Positions 9,120 through 22,690 of a stretch of 64,000 bases of DNA are shown here, piece after piece. A program made the translations under genes and the position numbers. Under the pieces are notes generated by a model that saw nothing but the letters and a program-made list of their open reading frames with translations, made no database searches and was not told where the DNA came from. This DNA is from Selaginella moellendorffii. Taxonomy: Eukaryota > Plantae > Lycopodiophyta. Where the stretch lies: positions 91,109 through 155,108 of the forward strand of contig NW_003314289.1 in the NCBI RefSeq assembly GCF_000143415.4. The letters are read 5' to 3'. Position 1 is the first letter of the stretch; the number at the start of each line of letters is the position of its first letter.

Positions 9120-12100
9120 AGATTGTGTTATGGCGCCGGATGGATAAGGTAAGTGCTCGCTCTTGGTCGATTCGGATTGTGATGTTTACCAATACTGCAT
9201 TCTTGATTGCGATCGACATTTCGTTTTGTCTAGAGGGCTTCGAAGGAGAGAAGCCCGTGAACAAGAAGACTTTTATAGCACTCTCATTCTATTCGCATAT
9301 CTTGTCCAACTCTTCGATGCTACGCCTATTCCACGTGAATCATATGTATGGAGTAACACCATGACTCTGCTAGCGATGGTTCTTGACACCGAAATGGTTA
9401 GTCATGTTTTTTTCCCATTCTTTTTATCTTCTAACTATATTGTTTAATCAGGATCTGATCAAGATGTAAAAGACAAGAGCTCTCAGATTGTAGATGCAAT
9501 AAACAACGAAGACGTGGAATTGCTGCATGTCCACGTTTTGGGCCCAAAAGTGGAACCCATGGCTAAACAATGCAAAGGTTAGTACTGCTTTCTGATCTAA
9601 CTTAACCTTTGCTAGGTCTGTGCTCTCTCATGAGTATAACAGCTGCTCAAATTTTGGTGGAGGCTACGGGCAAGCTGGTTTTTAACGAAGCACTTACGAA
9701 CAAGGAAACTGGTCCTGTTCTCAACGTTCTTACTTCTTTGCTAGAAACCAGCTTGCACTTACGAACAAGGAAACTGGTCCTGTTCTCAGCGTTCCTTGCT
9801 TCCTTGCAAAATGCTGTGCAGGTGTTGGTGGCAGAGCTGAAGCCGTTTCTTCCTCTTTCACTCAAGCATGTGGAAGAGCTAGATACATGGGAATCTTCTT
9901 TTCCTGGCGATCTGAGGTACACAAATCCTATTGACACTATGTCAAATTCACGAGCAGCACGCCGCTCGCTTTTAAAGGAACTTTGGCGGGGTTCTTGAAT
10001 GTATTCTCCTTGCACTGTGAGATGCAAATGGTGAGCCATCTGGTGAGCTCTGGCACTACTGGCACCAACTTCGAGAATTTTTGGCTTGAGTAAATTGCCC
10101 TGTGGCTTGTGTTATGAGGTATTTGCTATGTTACAAAGTATTTGTTTGTCACTTATGATTTTATACTCGTATGCGGATACTGAAGATCTTCGTCAGTAAC
10201 TTGGGAACACATGGAAAGTTTATTGGCAATTGGAGGTCTCCTAAAAGTTTATTGGCAATTAGAGGTCTCCTACTGGCTGTCCCTTCGACGTAGCAGCTGT
10301 GACCAAGTGTCTACAGGATCATGTGGCTGTTCTGATCCAATCGGCTCACGACCACCCTGGAAGCTCAAGGGCTTCGAGTATTACGTACAAATTTGGCCGA
10401 CATGGCAAGTTTGAGAAAAGATTTCTAACATTTTTCTTCTAGTAATCAGATGTTAATCTGGCGAGCACGTTGACTTGGCAAGAGCTGGGTCGAGTGGGGT
10501 GCTGATTACAAGAACCGTAGAATCCTTGTCTGCAGGATCTAATACTGAGAGAGCCTCTGCTGTCTGTACAATATCCCCACGAGAAGCTTCCTCGATGGCG
10601 TGAGCGGCTAGTTTCTTCAAGGACAAGGTCGCCACTATAAACAGGTCTCGTGGTTGTTTTGGTGCCTCCACCACGTTCACTTTGCCAGCATCTTTTGGGG
10701 TGAGCCACTGAAACGAAATCAAAAACTTTTTCGTAAGACACAGCTCCATACAGCTCTCACTCACCTTCAAACTACGAAAGCGCCAGGCCCGCCGACTGCT
10801 ACGGCATTCCCCTTGACAGCAATCACTGTCGAGTGCATCTCCGGAAGCCACTCATCCTCCTTGACACAACGAGAAAATACATTGAATACGAAAAACAGAA
10901 AAGAAGAAAATACCCGAATTGTGTGGATGCTTTCGACCTCGTCGTCTTCCTTTTCCCAGTCACGCTCGTCTTTTTCGACTTGCATGAGCCCCTGGATCCT
11001 GTTTTGCGTCCCTTGCTTTACTCTAGATATACCCATCATGTATGGATCACACAAACTTAAGCCTTTTACCTGCGGAAGAGACTTTCAATGGAACGCTTCA
11101 GGTTGCCAGTGCAAAAGGCGTCTGACAAATACATGTTGAACAGCCCCAACCTGTACATACACAAGTCTCTTGCCACTGCGAAACAAAGCCCAGACGAGAG
11201 TTCAGTGTAAGAAAGAAATGACTTACGTGGATGTCGGGCTCCACGATAGCCATCCGATACAATAACGTGGATTTTCTCATCTCCCACTTGCAATTCTTGA
11301 AACAAGTTCTGCAGCGATCACCTTTGAGAACAGCAAACTCAATCAACAATGCTCACCAGATTGAAAGACAACTTCTTGTCCATCCTAGCACAAGACAAGC
11401 CGCCCTGAACATGAATCTGTGGCCCAAACCCGCGATCAGGCGGGTAAAACCGCACGCCCCTTGGGAAATCCACCTCCCGCTGCTCCCGCCACCCCATACC
11501 TAGCTAGGTTTGTAACAAATAATAAAAAATTGAACATGTTTAGCGCAATTAGTTTGAAGGTGGTGGCATCCGGAAGAATCTTCCAAAAGTCCTCCTCCAT
11601 CAACGGCACAGTGAAATCCTCCCTCTTGTCGGAATCTGTATGGGATTCGCCTTGGCATCTTCCGTATAGCGGCTGCCCATGTACTTGTAGAAGTGTTTCG
11701 GAAGAACAGCGCGTCCCAGGAGCACGGGAACTGGTGTAGATACGGCATATTTGGGTTAGTCCGTAGCGTTTTTGGCACTTCCAATGGAGCCCACGTCATG
11801 GGACTGTCTTCGTCTCCGCCCATTCATAAAAAGTCTGCTTTTCTTGGTCAATAATTTTCCCGTGGACATCCCGACGTGTGGCAATGAGGATCACATAAGC
11901 TGCACAAACTTAGTGGGTGCAAATATCTCGTCCCAGTATCGAATCCAGCTCAAGCCCTGTTTGGTATCTCCTTCCTCCGTGTATTTTATAAGGTCAAGTG
12001 TGTCTATGTGTGTGGAGAACTTATCACCAACGACCAATGTCACGGATGCGCTCATGATCCATGGTGAGATCTACACGACTTACTTGAAGCACCGGGATAT

Positions 12101-12200
12101 GAATTCATCGAAGTATGTCTGTTTTTCTTCTCTTTTCTTCTCACGGCTTAGCTAATTTTTCAAGATCGACAAAGGAAAAGAGAGCGCTTTTAGTGCTCTC
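9120..12200. pseudogene. Unidentified spliced gene remnants (lineage-specific, disrupted)
   Basis: Exon-like coding stretches with splice-like junctions on + (9125-9998) and - (10453-11350), in-frame stops and a 34-bp internal duplication (9690/9755). No family recognised. Confidence 0.3.
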
Positions 12201-12739
12201 TGGGTCCATATCAACGGGCAATTAGTATGGATCTGGAGCAGACATCCCAAAGATTGACAGTGGTGAGAAGCTCAAACATCTCGCCCAGCACTCTGAACAA
12301 CGAGTTTATCAATGCTTGCAAGTTGTGTGGCCAAGTCAAAGAGTGGAGTTGAGATGGGATATGTGTTCTACCTGAGGAACATGATAAAAATCCTTGATAG
12401 ATAAATTTCAAAGTTCTTCCAGGAAATCTTTTCTTTGGCATTTTCATTCCAGGCTGAATGAGGTCACGATCAATCAGTCTCAATGGCATGTAAAACTAGT
12501 GTCACGGTGCTTTGATATCAACATGCTTAACTGTCCAGAAGGGGATATCCAAGTCACATTTTTGGTTTTCTAAAATGCCCCAAATGTTATGGTGTGGAGG
12601 ATGAACTGGTGAGCTTGGAGAGTGAGTGTGATAGCAAGGAAGGTATTGTGTAGATGGTATTACTGTAGGGATGCTCACTTCATTTTTAGTGAAGTTTGTC
12701 AAAGACAACTATTTCAACTACAACTATATGCAATATACT

Positions 12740-13000
12740 AAGATTGTAGGTGATTAGTCAATTAAAAATGCAATAAGTATATGTAGTCAAATTGCATTAT
12801 AGATTATGCTATTATACACAACATTATGGTAGTTAAGTGGTGACATATTTTTTAAGGAGTGGGATAGTGGTAATCATGATCTAGAATATGACACTCAAGA
12901 AAGTAATGTTGTACTTTTGGATCAAGAAGATTATGATTATATTTTAAATTTGCACTAATAAGGAAATTATATTCTCTTTCTAATCATTGGGCAGATGAGT
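12740..13000 (+). mobile_element. Possible PIF/Harbinger transposase remnant
   Basis: One frame reads IDYAIIHNIMVVKW*, resembling the C-terminal ACAILHN motif. AT-rich and heavily decayed. Confidence 0.25.
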
Positions 13001-14379
13001 TCAACAAAATTGAAATGGACTTGACAAATGTATGAGAAGGTTGCAAAGAAGTGTTTATTTAGTTTATCAATTTATAACTAGTTAAAGCTCATGTGTTCCA
13101 TTAGGTAGAAAAACACTAAATTTATAGTGTATTTAACACTTTTGGATGGAAATCTGGTGCAAGGTATTTCAAAACAATGAATTTTACTATGAAGCATCAT
13201 CAATTAATTAATTTGAGAGATGCTTGGCATACTCACAACATGAGGTACTCTATTGCAGTGGGTTGAAGAATATAATACCAATGCACACTATGACAAACAA
13301 ACATGGATATTGGTTAATATGTATTTTAATAAGACTATTCCAACCCAATAAATGCAAAACTAGATGATAAGCATCAATTTTTATTTTTTTCCTCAAAGTT
13401 CATATACATACTAGTGTAGTAAAGTTGTGCCCCTTACTCACAAACATATTATCACACTAAACATTCATAAAGTGTACCAAAACCACACTTTTATACTTCT
13501 CCATAAAGTACTTATAAAACAAAATCACTTAAAAATGATTTTTTATTTTCAAAATAATATGGAAGGTTTTGTGATGTGGCAAGGCCTATAAAACCCACTC
13601 ATACTATATACACTTTCACATCACCAAAAGTGATGTGAATGTATTATAAAATGATATTTTTATGTAAACAAACAAAAGAATATAGCTTAAAGTTAGATAA
13701 TATTTTTTACTTATTATAGGAGATGAATCCAGGCTATTACCCATGGGTAAGGACTGAAGTATCTTTGAGATTAAATTTATAAAAAACACATTATAAATAT
13801 TTAACTTTTGTAGCATATAATTTTATTTATATCTCCAAAGTTAAAAACAAAATCTATAAACTATATTGTTACTACAAGTCAGCTCTAATTACCAAACAAA
13901 TATAATTAATACTTCACAACTTTAAAATTAATTTTAACATATCTAAACTCACACTTGACAAACTTTTATAGTTTTGCAATGATAATGCTCATCTAACAGA
14001 TCATTAATAATAATATCACACATTAATATTAATATATTTAGTTAAAAACATTTAAAGAAGTAAGGGATTGTTTATATATTTATAATTAAAATTTTATAGT
14101 AAAAACTAATCTAAATAACTTTGTTTCTATAACTTGTACAATAAAATGTAAATTGGATAGCTCCTAATACATAATGCAAGTAAAAAATATTTTAATATTT
14201 TTATGATGTAAATAAATAATTTTAAAAATACTATATTAAAATAAAAATATTTAAAATTACTTTTTAAAACTGATTCATGAATATTTACCTCTAATAATAG
14301 CTAATCAATGATTTCAAATAAGGAAAATAATACAATTTAAGAATTTAGAATTAAAGATACATATTAAAAGGTCATTATA

Positions 14380-15727
14380 TGTTAAAATTAATTAAAAATA
14401 ATAATTTAAATTACTATAAACTAACCTTATAAATTTTTATAAAAATATTTAACTATTTTTTGAATTAGTTTTTTTATGCACATATTTATTTTTAGAATAA
14501 AATTAGTTTTAGAATTTTAATTTTTTGTCAAAAAATAATTTTTCATAAATAAAATTAAAAAATAGAGATAAATTGTTATAATTATTTTTACTCTTATACC
14601 ATAGATATATTCCCAAAAGCTTTAGGTGAGGCTAGACTATTCAAGCTGTGGAATTCATCCAGGCAATCCTCACGAGCATCCACTTTGATGTATTTTTGTA
14701 TACTTTTATAACATATAATTGTTTTAAAGATAAAAGCTTTGAGGGTCTATTTTTACCACTTGAGTTTTATAAATAAAACATATTAATTTAGAATTTTTGA
14801 ACTTGAAGTGTAAATAAACTGAAATTATAAAACTATAAAAAATATTTATATTTGTAATATAACTTCAATAAGAAGTAATAAATAAAGAACTAAAATTTTT
14901 CTAAAATTATCTTATTAATTTTATAAAGAAATATGTAATTATATTCTGAACTATTTTTTTTATGCTAACATTTATTTTTAAAATGATATTTATTTTTTCT
15001 CCCAAAAACTTTAATTTTCATAAATAAAAATTTAAAAATTTAGACCAGTTTTTATTAATTATTTTATACTTCTATAGCCTTTATTTATTTATACATGCAA
15101 TCATCTGACTCGAAGTGGTCACTCTTATATAACCGTATATATCATCTGTGTGTACGGATTAGGGTTATTTTGGGTGCAAACCGTTACATATACATACAAG
15201 CCTCAGGATTGAGTTTAATTTGAAAATTTTCGTACGTACGGGTAAGGGAGGAGGCGGAGCTCATCTAGGGCTCTCTACAGCAACAAGTTGTAGAGGGCAA
15301 TAGATCTCAGGCACAATAGGTATGAAGTGTGATGTTATTATGTATGTATGAACCCTGATGAAGCCCACAGGCTTCTTTTGATCCCCATCCTCTACATCTT
15401 TATGCAAAAGTAACAGAATATTCTATGTATATATAAGAATTGAGGGTTTATTTAAGATTTGAAAAAATGTGTATATGTAAGGGTATGGAGCAAATTATGA
15501 ACAACAAAAAAAGTATACTAGGCCCCCTATTCTAAACTTCCAGAACACAGATGATATATAATGTTTATAAAGAGTGACCATCCGGAGTCATCTGATAAAG
15601 GCTTGAATTTAAAACTCCATTTTTACAATTTGAGTTATATAAATATAACATGTTAAATTTGAATTTTAAACTTAAATAAAGAAACAAAATGATAAAATTA
15701 TAAGAATTTTTTTTGAATATAACTTTG
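14380..15727. repeat. Very AT-rich degenerate tandem repeat (unit about 490 bp) that received the MITE and Gypsy insertions
   Basis: 14450-14600 resembles 14948-15080, and 14730-14870 resembles 15594-15725. Confidence 0.6.
15107..15589. mobile_element. MITE / non-autonomous DNA transposon, 483 bp, about 45-bp imperfect TIRs, 4-bp TSD ATCT
   Basis: Left end GACTCGAAGTGGTCACTCTTATATAACCGTATATATCATCTGTGT. Reverse complement of right end GACTCCGGATGGTCACTCTTTATAAACATTATATATCATCTGTGT. ATCT at 15103-15106 and 15590-15593. Confidence 0.85.
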
Positions 15728-17281
15728 TGTGAAGTCTAACTGTACAATTACGATTCCATATACTAATATTAGCGTTATGGGATTTTAGTTGCCATTAGAT
15801 TGGTTTTAATCTAGACCACTTACTCTTGTATATAAGCTAGGGTTTTTGGGCTGATTGATATGCACATTTTTTATATTATCTTTCCATATTCCATACACTT
15901 ATATTGATGGAGGTGAGAGGTAATTTTAATTGTCCCTAATAAATGCTAGAATTTGGGATTTTGATTTAGATCTAGCTTTTGCATTGTTTATATTTTCATT
16001 TTCTTATTACTTTTGGAATTTTAGTGTAAATTTAACTTTTGCATTGTCTAGATTTTCCTTTTCCTATTGTTTTTCTCAACTTCTTTTCTTTTGTGCTTTC
16101 TTTTTTGTTTATCTTCATGGCAGAGCAGCAGCCTCCTCGTCCTTTGACTCTAGAGCAGCAGTTAGTTGTAAGCGACTAAATTTTCCATTCTACTTTAGTC
16201 ACTTAACCACACCTTCGACCACTTGGAGGAGTCTCATTCACAACCTCCATAAGTCCAATTCAGGACTTGGGGCTTGCTAGCCCCAGGAATGGCATCCATG
16301 CCACTCAACGTTGGCACCTGGTCCAAGTGCTCCACGTGTCCGATCCCATGACCGACACTCAAAGGTACCACCGATATGGCAGCCCGTTACGCTAAGGCCA
16401 TGCCCGATCACCTTTGCCACACTGTAGTCCAATACCACTTGCATCACAGTCTTGGCTCTCCAAGACTGGGCCAACCATCTGTGAGTGGTCATCTTAGATC
16501 CACTCCTTAGCATCCTTAGGATGCCCACCGACACGGGGAACAGCCTTCCCCAATGTCCCTCTGTCAGTCCCCCCTAAGTCCCTTTTTGCCCCTGGCCGTG
16601 TTTGCCAACACTGCCACTGGATCGAGGCCCACAGGCCCCACCACTAAGTCCCACGGTCCTCTGGAACTTCCTCACCACACGACTGTGTCCTTGGTCACTA
16701 CCCCAGAGGACTACTCCTCTTCCTTTCCACAGTCTGAGCCTTTGGGACAACATTTCGGAACACCGTGGCCTTACGCGAGCCACCTGGGTACTCTCCCCGC
16801 CTTCTGCCCTTGGGTGCTCTAGCCATGGGCTTAGAGCGAGGTTCCGTTGAGCCACGCCTGGTATCCAAGTAGGTAGTGCCACCCGCACTTGGACTGGGAG
16901 CATCGGCCAGTCGATCTCCCGGGGGAACTAGAGCCGGCTCTTGAACACTTCACCAAGGTACCCCGCTTGTCGGTCCGTATTCACTCTAGTCTTGGACTTC
17001 CCAGTGGTCAGTTCATCACCCAACACTGGGTCTGGCCTTCCTGGGCCAAACTGGCCTTTCCTGGCCAAACTGGCTCCACTGCAGTCCTCCCCCCTACTAT
17101 ACTTTTGGAGCTCACCAAACCCCCCAGGGTCTGGGAGACGAACGCTTTGGGCTTTCACCCTCTCAGGCTCCGGACTCGGACTCGGACTCGGACTCGGACT
17201 CGGACTCGGATTCGGATTCGGACTCGGACTCGGGCCCGGGCTTGGTCTCGGCCTCGGCCTCGGTCTCGGTCTCGGTCCCGA

Positions 17282-17313
<32 letters not shown>

Positions 17314-20024
17314 CCGGTCTCGGTCTCGACTTCGGACTCCATCTCGGACTCCATCTCGGACTCCATCTCGGACTCCATCTCGGACTCCATCTCGGGTCCA
17401 TCTCGGGTCCATCTCGGACTCCATCTCGGACTCCATTTCGGGTCCATCTCGGACTCCATCTCGGACTCCATTTCGGGTCCATCTCGGGTCCATCTCGGAC
17501 TCCATCTCGGACTCCATCTCGGGTCCATCTCGGACTCCATCTCGGGTCCATCTCGGACTCCATCTCGGGTCCATCTCGGGTCCATCTCGGACTCCATCTC
17601 GGACTCCATTTCAGGTCCATCTCGGACTCCACTTCGGACTCCAACTCGGGTCCACCTCGGACTCCACTTCGGACTCCATCTCGGACACTCCCACGTGTCA
17701 TGTGTTGGTCCTTTTGGGTCCCTTTTTGGAGCCTCGCCTTTTGCTCGCTTCGTGCTCGTTCCTCGAGCACTTCGTTGGGAGTTCCACTCCCGCTCTTGAC
17801 TTTTCAAGTCGGAGCTTTTGGTCCAAACGTGTTACGCTCGTTTGGCTCTCGCTTCGGCCACTACCATGTGGCGCCCTTCCGGCTCCACTTTGGGGCCTAG
17901 GGATTTTGTGTCTCACATTAGTGCAATTGTTCGATGTTATGTAGTTGTAGTTGAACAATTAGACTCAATTAATGGTAGTATTCACAATGCATAGTACAAC
18001 TCTTGCTTTTGCTGTCAATTGTCGTGTATGACCAAAGTTCTTTTATAGGAATTCTAAGGATAATGTGTATTATTGGTTTAATCACTTCATAATAATTGCT
18101 ACATATCATTTTTGGGATGATGTTTGACATTTGCATGAGTTTCCCATATGTCTCAAAGGGATGGCACTGTAGTAGTATAATAGTTTGAGCGTAGCCACTC
18201 GTGAGGATTGGAGTATTCTTTCAAACATCTTCAAATGCACATTTGGATATGCTAACGATTTTGATGATGCCTCTAACAATTGCATCATTTTTGTCAAAGA
18301 CCATTCGAGTCGGCAATGCAATTTAATATTTGTTTTCAAAGCCTCTTACTTTGTGCAAAGCCAAATATGTCAAAGCATATCAAGCTAAGAATGTTGCAGT
18401 TAGCACGTAATCAAGATCTAATAAGAGTTGTGCATACAGTTGCTTTAGCCACCCTTAACGATGCCTTTTGCTTAGCACAACGTTATGAGACATTGTTTCT
18501 TTCACTTCTTGTTGCACGTTCTTTAACTCCAATTCTTATAAGAGATGGTCTTGTTCCAATGGAAGTTGATGTTACTAGTTATATTATTCGGTAGGCTTTG
18601 AAACATTATATATATGAGTTTGATATTTTCATTTCCTAAGGAGTTTTATGATTGATGCTGATGCCCTTTCTTGAGCTCCTCTTATTTCTTTGCTCTCTTC
18701 TCATATTTTTGACAAACCTATTATTCTAGTATCTGTGGATTTTTTGGATAAGGATTTTGTGCCGTCGGTTGTTGCTATACTTGATGTTTAATATCCATAA
18801 GGTGCAGAGTAAGATTACCTTCTCTTGACAAGGTTTATAAAACTTAAAAGATTAATCAGTGGATTCGAAGGCTTGAGTTGCAGAAGGACGGTTGAAGTCA
18901 ATTGCAATTTCTTATCTATTTGAGTTGGTGGCATTTAATTTGATGAGACCTTTCCCACAATTGATTGTTAGCAATAAGTATGTCATTATTGCTTCTAACT
19001 ACTTGACTTGCTGGGTGAAAGTTGGTGCTCTTGCTAACGCATCTGCAATTATTGTTAGATGCTTTTTCTTCAATCGAATGGTATTTTAGCATTCCTGTCA
19101 AGAGTGGATTTTTTCGAATAATGGTCCCATATTTATAGTTGAGGCATTTTATATTTTAATATCTCAATTAGGGATATACCACATTTTCACGAATGTTTAT
19201 CATCCACAGTCAGACAATTTGGTGGAATGGCTTGTTTGGACCTTCAAATAGATTATCACGAAATACATGAATTTTTAGCATTCGGATTGGGATGGTTATT
19301 TGTTGTCTCTTCGGTATGCATATGTCACAAAGGTGTAGAATTCTATTGGTGTTTCGCCATATAAACTCGTATATGGTTATGATCCAATACTGCCAACGGA
19401 GTTGGGTTTACCATCACAATTGCCATGGGCTGCTGATACTAGGTTGTGGGATCAGTATTTAATGAGCATTCCTCCACTTATCCAAATAGAGTTTACTGAA
19501 CATCTGAGCCGCATATAATGGGACAACAACACTATAACTCCTATCATCATTCACTTATAGAGTATAAAGTGGATGCCTTAGTATTAATTCATTTTCCCCA
19601 TTTTATGGTATGTAGTTTATTTAAGGAGTGCCTTGCTCAGTCAAAAGGTTTATATTAGATGTTGTAGCAAGTTGGACTATAAGTTTATAAAGTTCAACAT
19701 AACATCTAACATGCCAATCCTCCAAAAATTGTGCATATGCAATGGCTAAAATGCTTTATACAAAGAGATCATGAACAATTAGCACCACCTACAAATCCCC
19801 CGATACCTCTTCCTAATGTTCCTAGCCCATCCATAAGAGAACTTTAACAGTATCCCATCATTCTGAGAGGAGGGGATGATGTGAAGTTCAAATGTACAGC
19901 TACAATGTCATATATTAATATTAGCATAGTGGGATTTTAGTTGCCATTAGATTGGTTTCAATTCGGATTAAATTAGGGTTTTTGGGCTAAGTAATATGTA
20001 CATTTCTTATATTCTCTTTCCACA
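15728..20024 (+). mobile_element. Degenerate, internally deleted Ty3/Gypsy LTR retrotransposon
   Basis: LTRs at about 15728-15888 and 19880-20024 (TGTGAAGT...TTTCCAYA, shared GGGATTTTAGTTGCCATTAGATTGGTTT). Flanks CTTTG/ATTTG form a 5-bp TSD with 1 mismatch. PBS-like TGATGGAG at 15905, PPT GAGAGGAGGGGA before the 3' LTR. RNase H end (YEFDI..DADALS) near 18615. Integrase motifs FELVAFNLMRPFP..NKYVII, SNNGPIF, YHPQSDNLVE and GVSPYKLVYG at 18919-19395. Confidence 0.9.
17169..17686. repeat. GC-rich compound micro/minisatellite: (CTCGGA)n, (CTCGGT)n, then 12-mer CTCCATCTCGGA mixed with 11-mer TCCATCTCGGG
   Basis: Directly visible. It produces the low-complexity ORFs in all six frames. Confidence 0.97.
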
Positions 20025-20549
20025 ATTTGAATATACTAAATATCTTTCTTTAAAGATTTTGTAACAACTATTTGATATCAACTAAATATTTGGTGATATT
20101 TTGAAATATCACTAAATACTCTAACAACTATTTATAAAATCTATAGACAAATAATAAGATGATGAAATGGAAGAATTTTTTTTCTGATTAGAAATTGTTA
20201 ATTTGTCAGAATTAGATCTAGGAGCTTAAAATATTTTTATAAGAGGTAGAAAAGACATTTTAAAGGTCATTAAAACCACTATATTTGCATATGAACTGCT
20301 GGTTGCTATGGGATTCTTTGGGCTTGCCAACAGAGTCCTCCTACATGGAAGAATTTCCTCAAGACATGTAGACTGCCAAGAACATTCACTGCCACCCAAG
20401 TCCCAGTTGCAAGCGCCAAGCAAACAAAATCAATCCACAGCCTAGGCACATTCCCTGGATGACACCTTGGGTGTCTTCCAGATGCTTGAATTATATCACA
20501 AGAACATGGAAAAACCCAGCGTGACATGTCCACCGTGGCAGACACCCAT

Positions 20550-21030
20550 CGCTGCGGGAGAATTTCGGCGTGGACAATGGTTTTGTAAGCGCATCTGCGA
20601 GCATGTCTTGTGTGGGGCAGTAGCTAAGCTAGATTACCCGATCTTCAAACTAGTCCTGTAAAAAGTGATGTGTTGTGTCCATGTGTTTCGTCTGGGAATT
20701 AATCTCGATGTTTGCTCAAGGTGATGTAGCCTTGATTGTCGCAGTAGATTGGCGTTGGGCCAGGAAAGGAATGTCGTTTAGGAGGCGGCGATGCCAGATG
20801 GCCTCTTTGCATGCGGAACTAGCCGCAATGTACTGCCTCACAGCTGGAGCAGGCAACAACGCTCTGCTTCTTGCTGCTCCAGAAATGTGAAGGCTAAAAC
20901 AATAGCCAGTATGTGATCGTCGAGAGCCCAGTTGCAAGCTTGACTCCATAGACTTATACAGAATACCATAGGAAAACGTATCTCATGAGTACCGAAAAAT
21001 ATGTTTAAATGCTTGCCAATGTTGAGGTCC
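20550..21030 (-). mobile_element. Ty1/Copia RNase H remnant
   Basis: Minus-strand translation RRSHTGYCF..QYIAASSACKEAIW..TKHMDTTHHF..YCPTQDMLADALTKPL. Confidence 0.88.
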
Positions 21031-21644
21031 TGATTGTCAAGGAACTTCAGTTTGTGGAAGAACCCTAACTAACCAATGTCGAGGCCGATGATGTTGCTGC
21101 TGTCAAGCAAATCTTGGAAGACCTAGTTGAAGGTGGAGCGGTCCGCGCCGGAGAGTCTCAAAGATCCGCAGGTCATTTGGGCCAACCCTGGTCTTGGGAA
21201 ATTGGAAGCCGGCTTGTTGGGTAAACCTGTCATGGCTTCTCTCCAAGAAATTTGACGGTGGGCTGGAGCGACTTAGTGTCAAAGGAGGATGGGAGCGTGC
21301 TAAGGAGATGTTCACATTCCTCGGCTTCATCCATCTGCGCTCCCACCAAGACACCGCCATGGCTTAAGTTTGACTCTGTTTCCCTTGGGATATGTATCTT
21401 TGATTGAGACCATGCTCGCAGCTGTACAAGACATCCTGTAAGGCTTGTGGAGATCTTGTGGAGACTTTAGCTTGTCCAGGAGGCGCTTGTCTTGTTTTTA
21501 ATGATATTCCTCATCAAAAGCAGCTTTCCATTTTTCCCTGTCAGGAGGCTTGAGAGCATCAACATAGCTGCGTGGAATTTCCTGAAGTTCCACTCTAGCA
21601 AGTGGTTAAATCGGTGGATTCCAAGCATCAAGTTTAACCCAGAC

Positions 21645-22690
21645 CACAGTACAAAGCCGTTAGTCGCAAAAGGCTACTCTCAAGTGGCTGCTGACAACAA
21701 TTCGAACATTGCTCGCGCTCGCTGCAGCAGAGAATTGGCATGGATTTAAAAACAGCTTTCCTCAATGGAGAGCTAGACGAAGACTGTTACTTCCGATTCA
21801 GATAGCGAGGACAAAGAAGCCGCCACCGAAGTTCCGGGGGAGAAGAATCAAGAAGAGGCTGCTATAGTTGAATATAAAAAAACAATGGAAATTTACATGG
21901 AGCAGCCGGAGGATTACAAAATTCCAGGCAAAGAGAGCTACATCTGGAAGTTACACAAGCCTCAACAACGTTTTACTCATGCACTTTAAGCAAATCCTTA
22001 TTACAAATAAGTGGGAGATGACATCGCCGTCTACGTCAACGACTCTTGACTGGTTTGTAACAGCTTGACCTTCCTCGCAGAGATCAAGCAAGGTTTTTTT
22101 TCCCATTTCGAGATGAAAGACCTTGTAAAAGCTCGCCATTGTCTTGGGATTCAGGTCGATTACCAATCAAATGGCTCCCTGTTTCTCCATCAACGAAAAT
22201 ACATGGAGGACATCTTGCAACGGTTCTCCATGGATAAATCCTATCCCGCTTCAACACCTATGGTAGCAGGTCTGAAACTCTCAAAAGATCAGTCTCCTTC
22301 TACAGATAAAAAATGGAGAAAAATGGCCCGAGTCGCTTCCTCCTCTTCCCCCCTCCTTTCTCACCTCCTCCGATGCAGCTGACAGCTTTACATAACACTG
22401 CCTTGCGCATCGAAAAACGATGAGAAGACTAAGACTTCTTCCCACAACACCATGGCAAGGCCAGGCAAGAAGAACTGTAGCGTTCCAGTGGGAGTTCTTC
22501 CAGCACGACCAGAGAATACGACCCTTGCCCGCACTGCAAGAAAACGAATCACGCTGAACACAACTGTTGGTTCGAATACCGGAGGTGGTGGCGGTGAATT
22601 TGGAGGAAAATTCGCTGTCTTCTAATCCACTCGGTCCATTTGAAGTCCAGTTTGTGCAAGAACCCGAACGATAGCATGATATGTCAGCCA
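21645..22690 (+). mobile_element. Ty1/Copia reverse transcriptase remnant followed by a gag zinc-knuckle fragment
   Basis: LVAKGYSQ, KTAFLNG, IYMEQPEDY, IAVYVND (YVDD), FEMKDL..LGIQV..LHQRKY..STPM. CPHCKKTNHAEHNCW (CX2CX4HX4C) at 22526-22570. Confidence 0.88.

Noticed and set aside
17330-17686. Repeat array superficially like CRISPR
   Set aside because: No unique spacers, unit too short, eukaryotic context and no cas genes.
16889-17944. Long ORFs in all six frames (RS-, SP- and ESEM-rich)
   Set aside because: By-products of a stop-free minisatellite. The 11-bp units shift frames, which is inconsistent with coding constraint.
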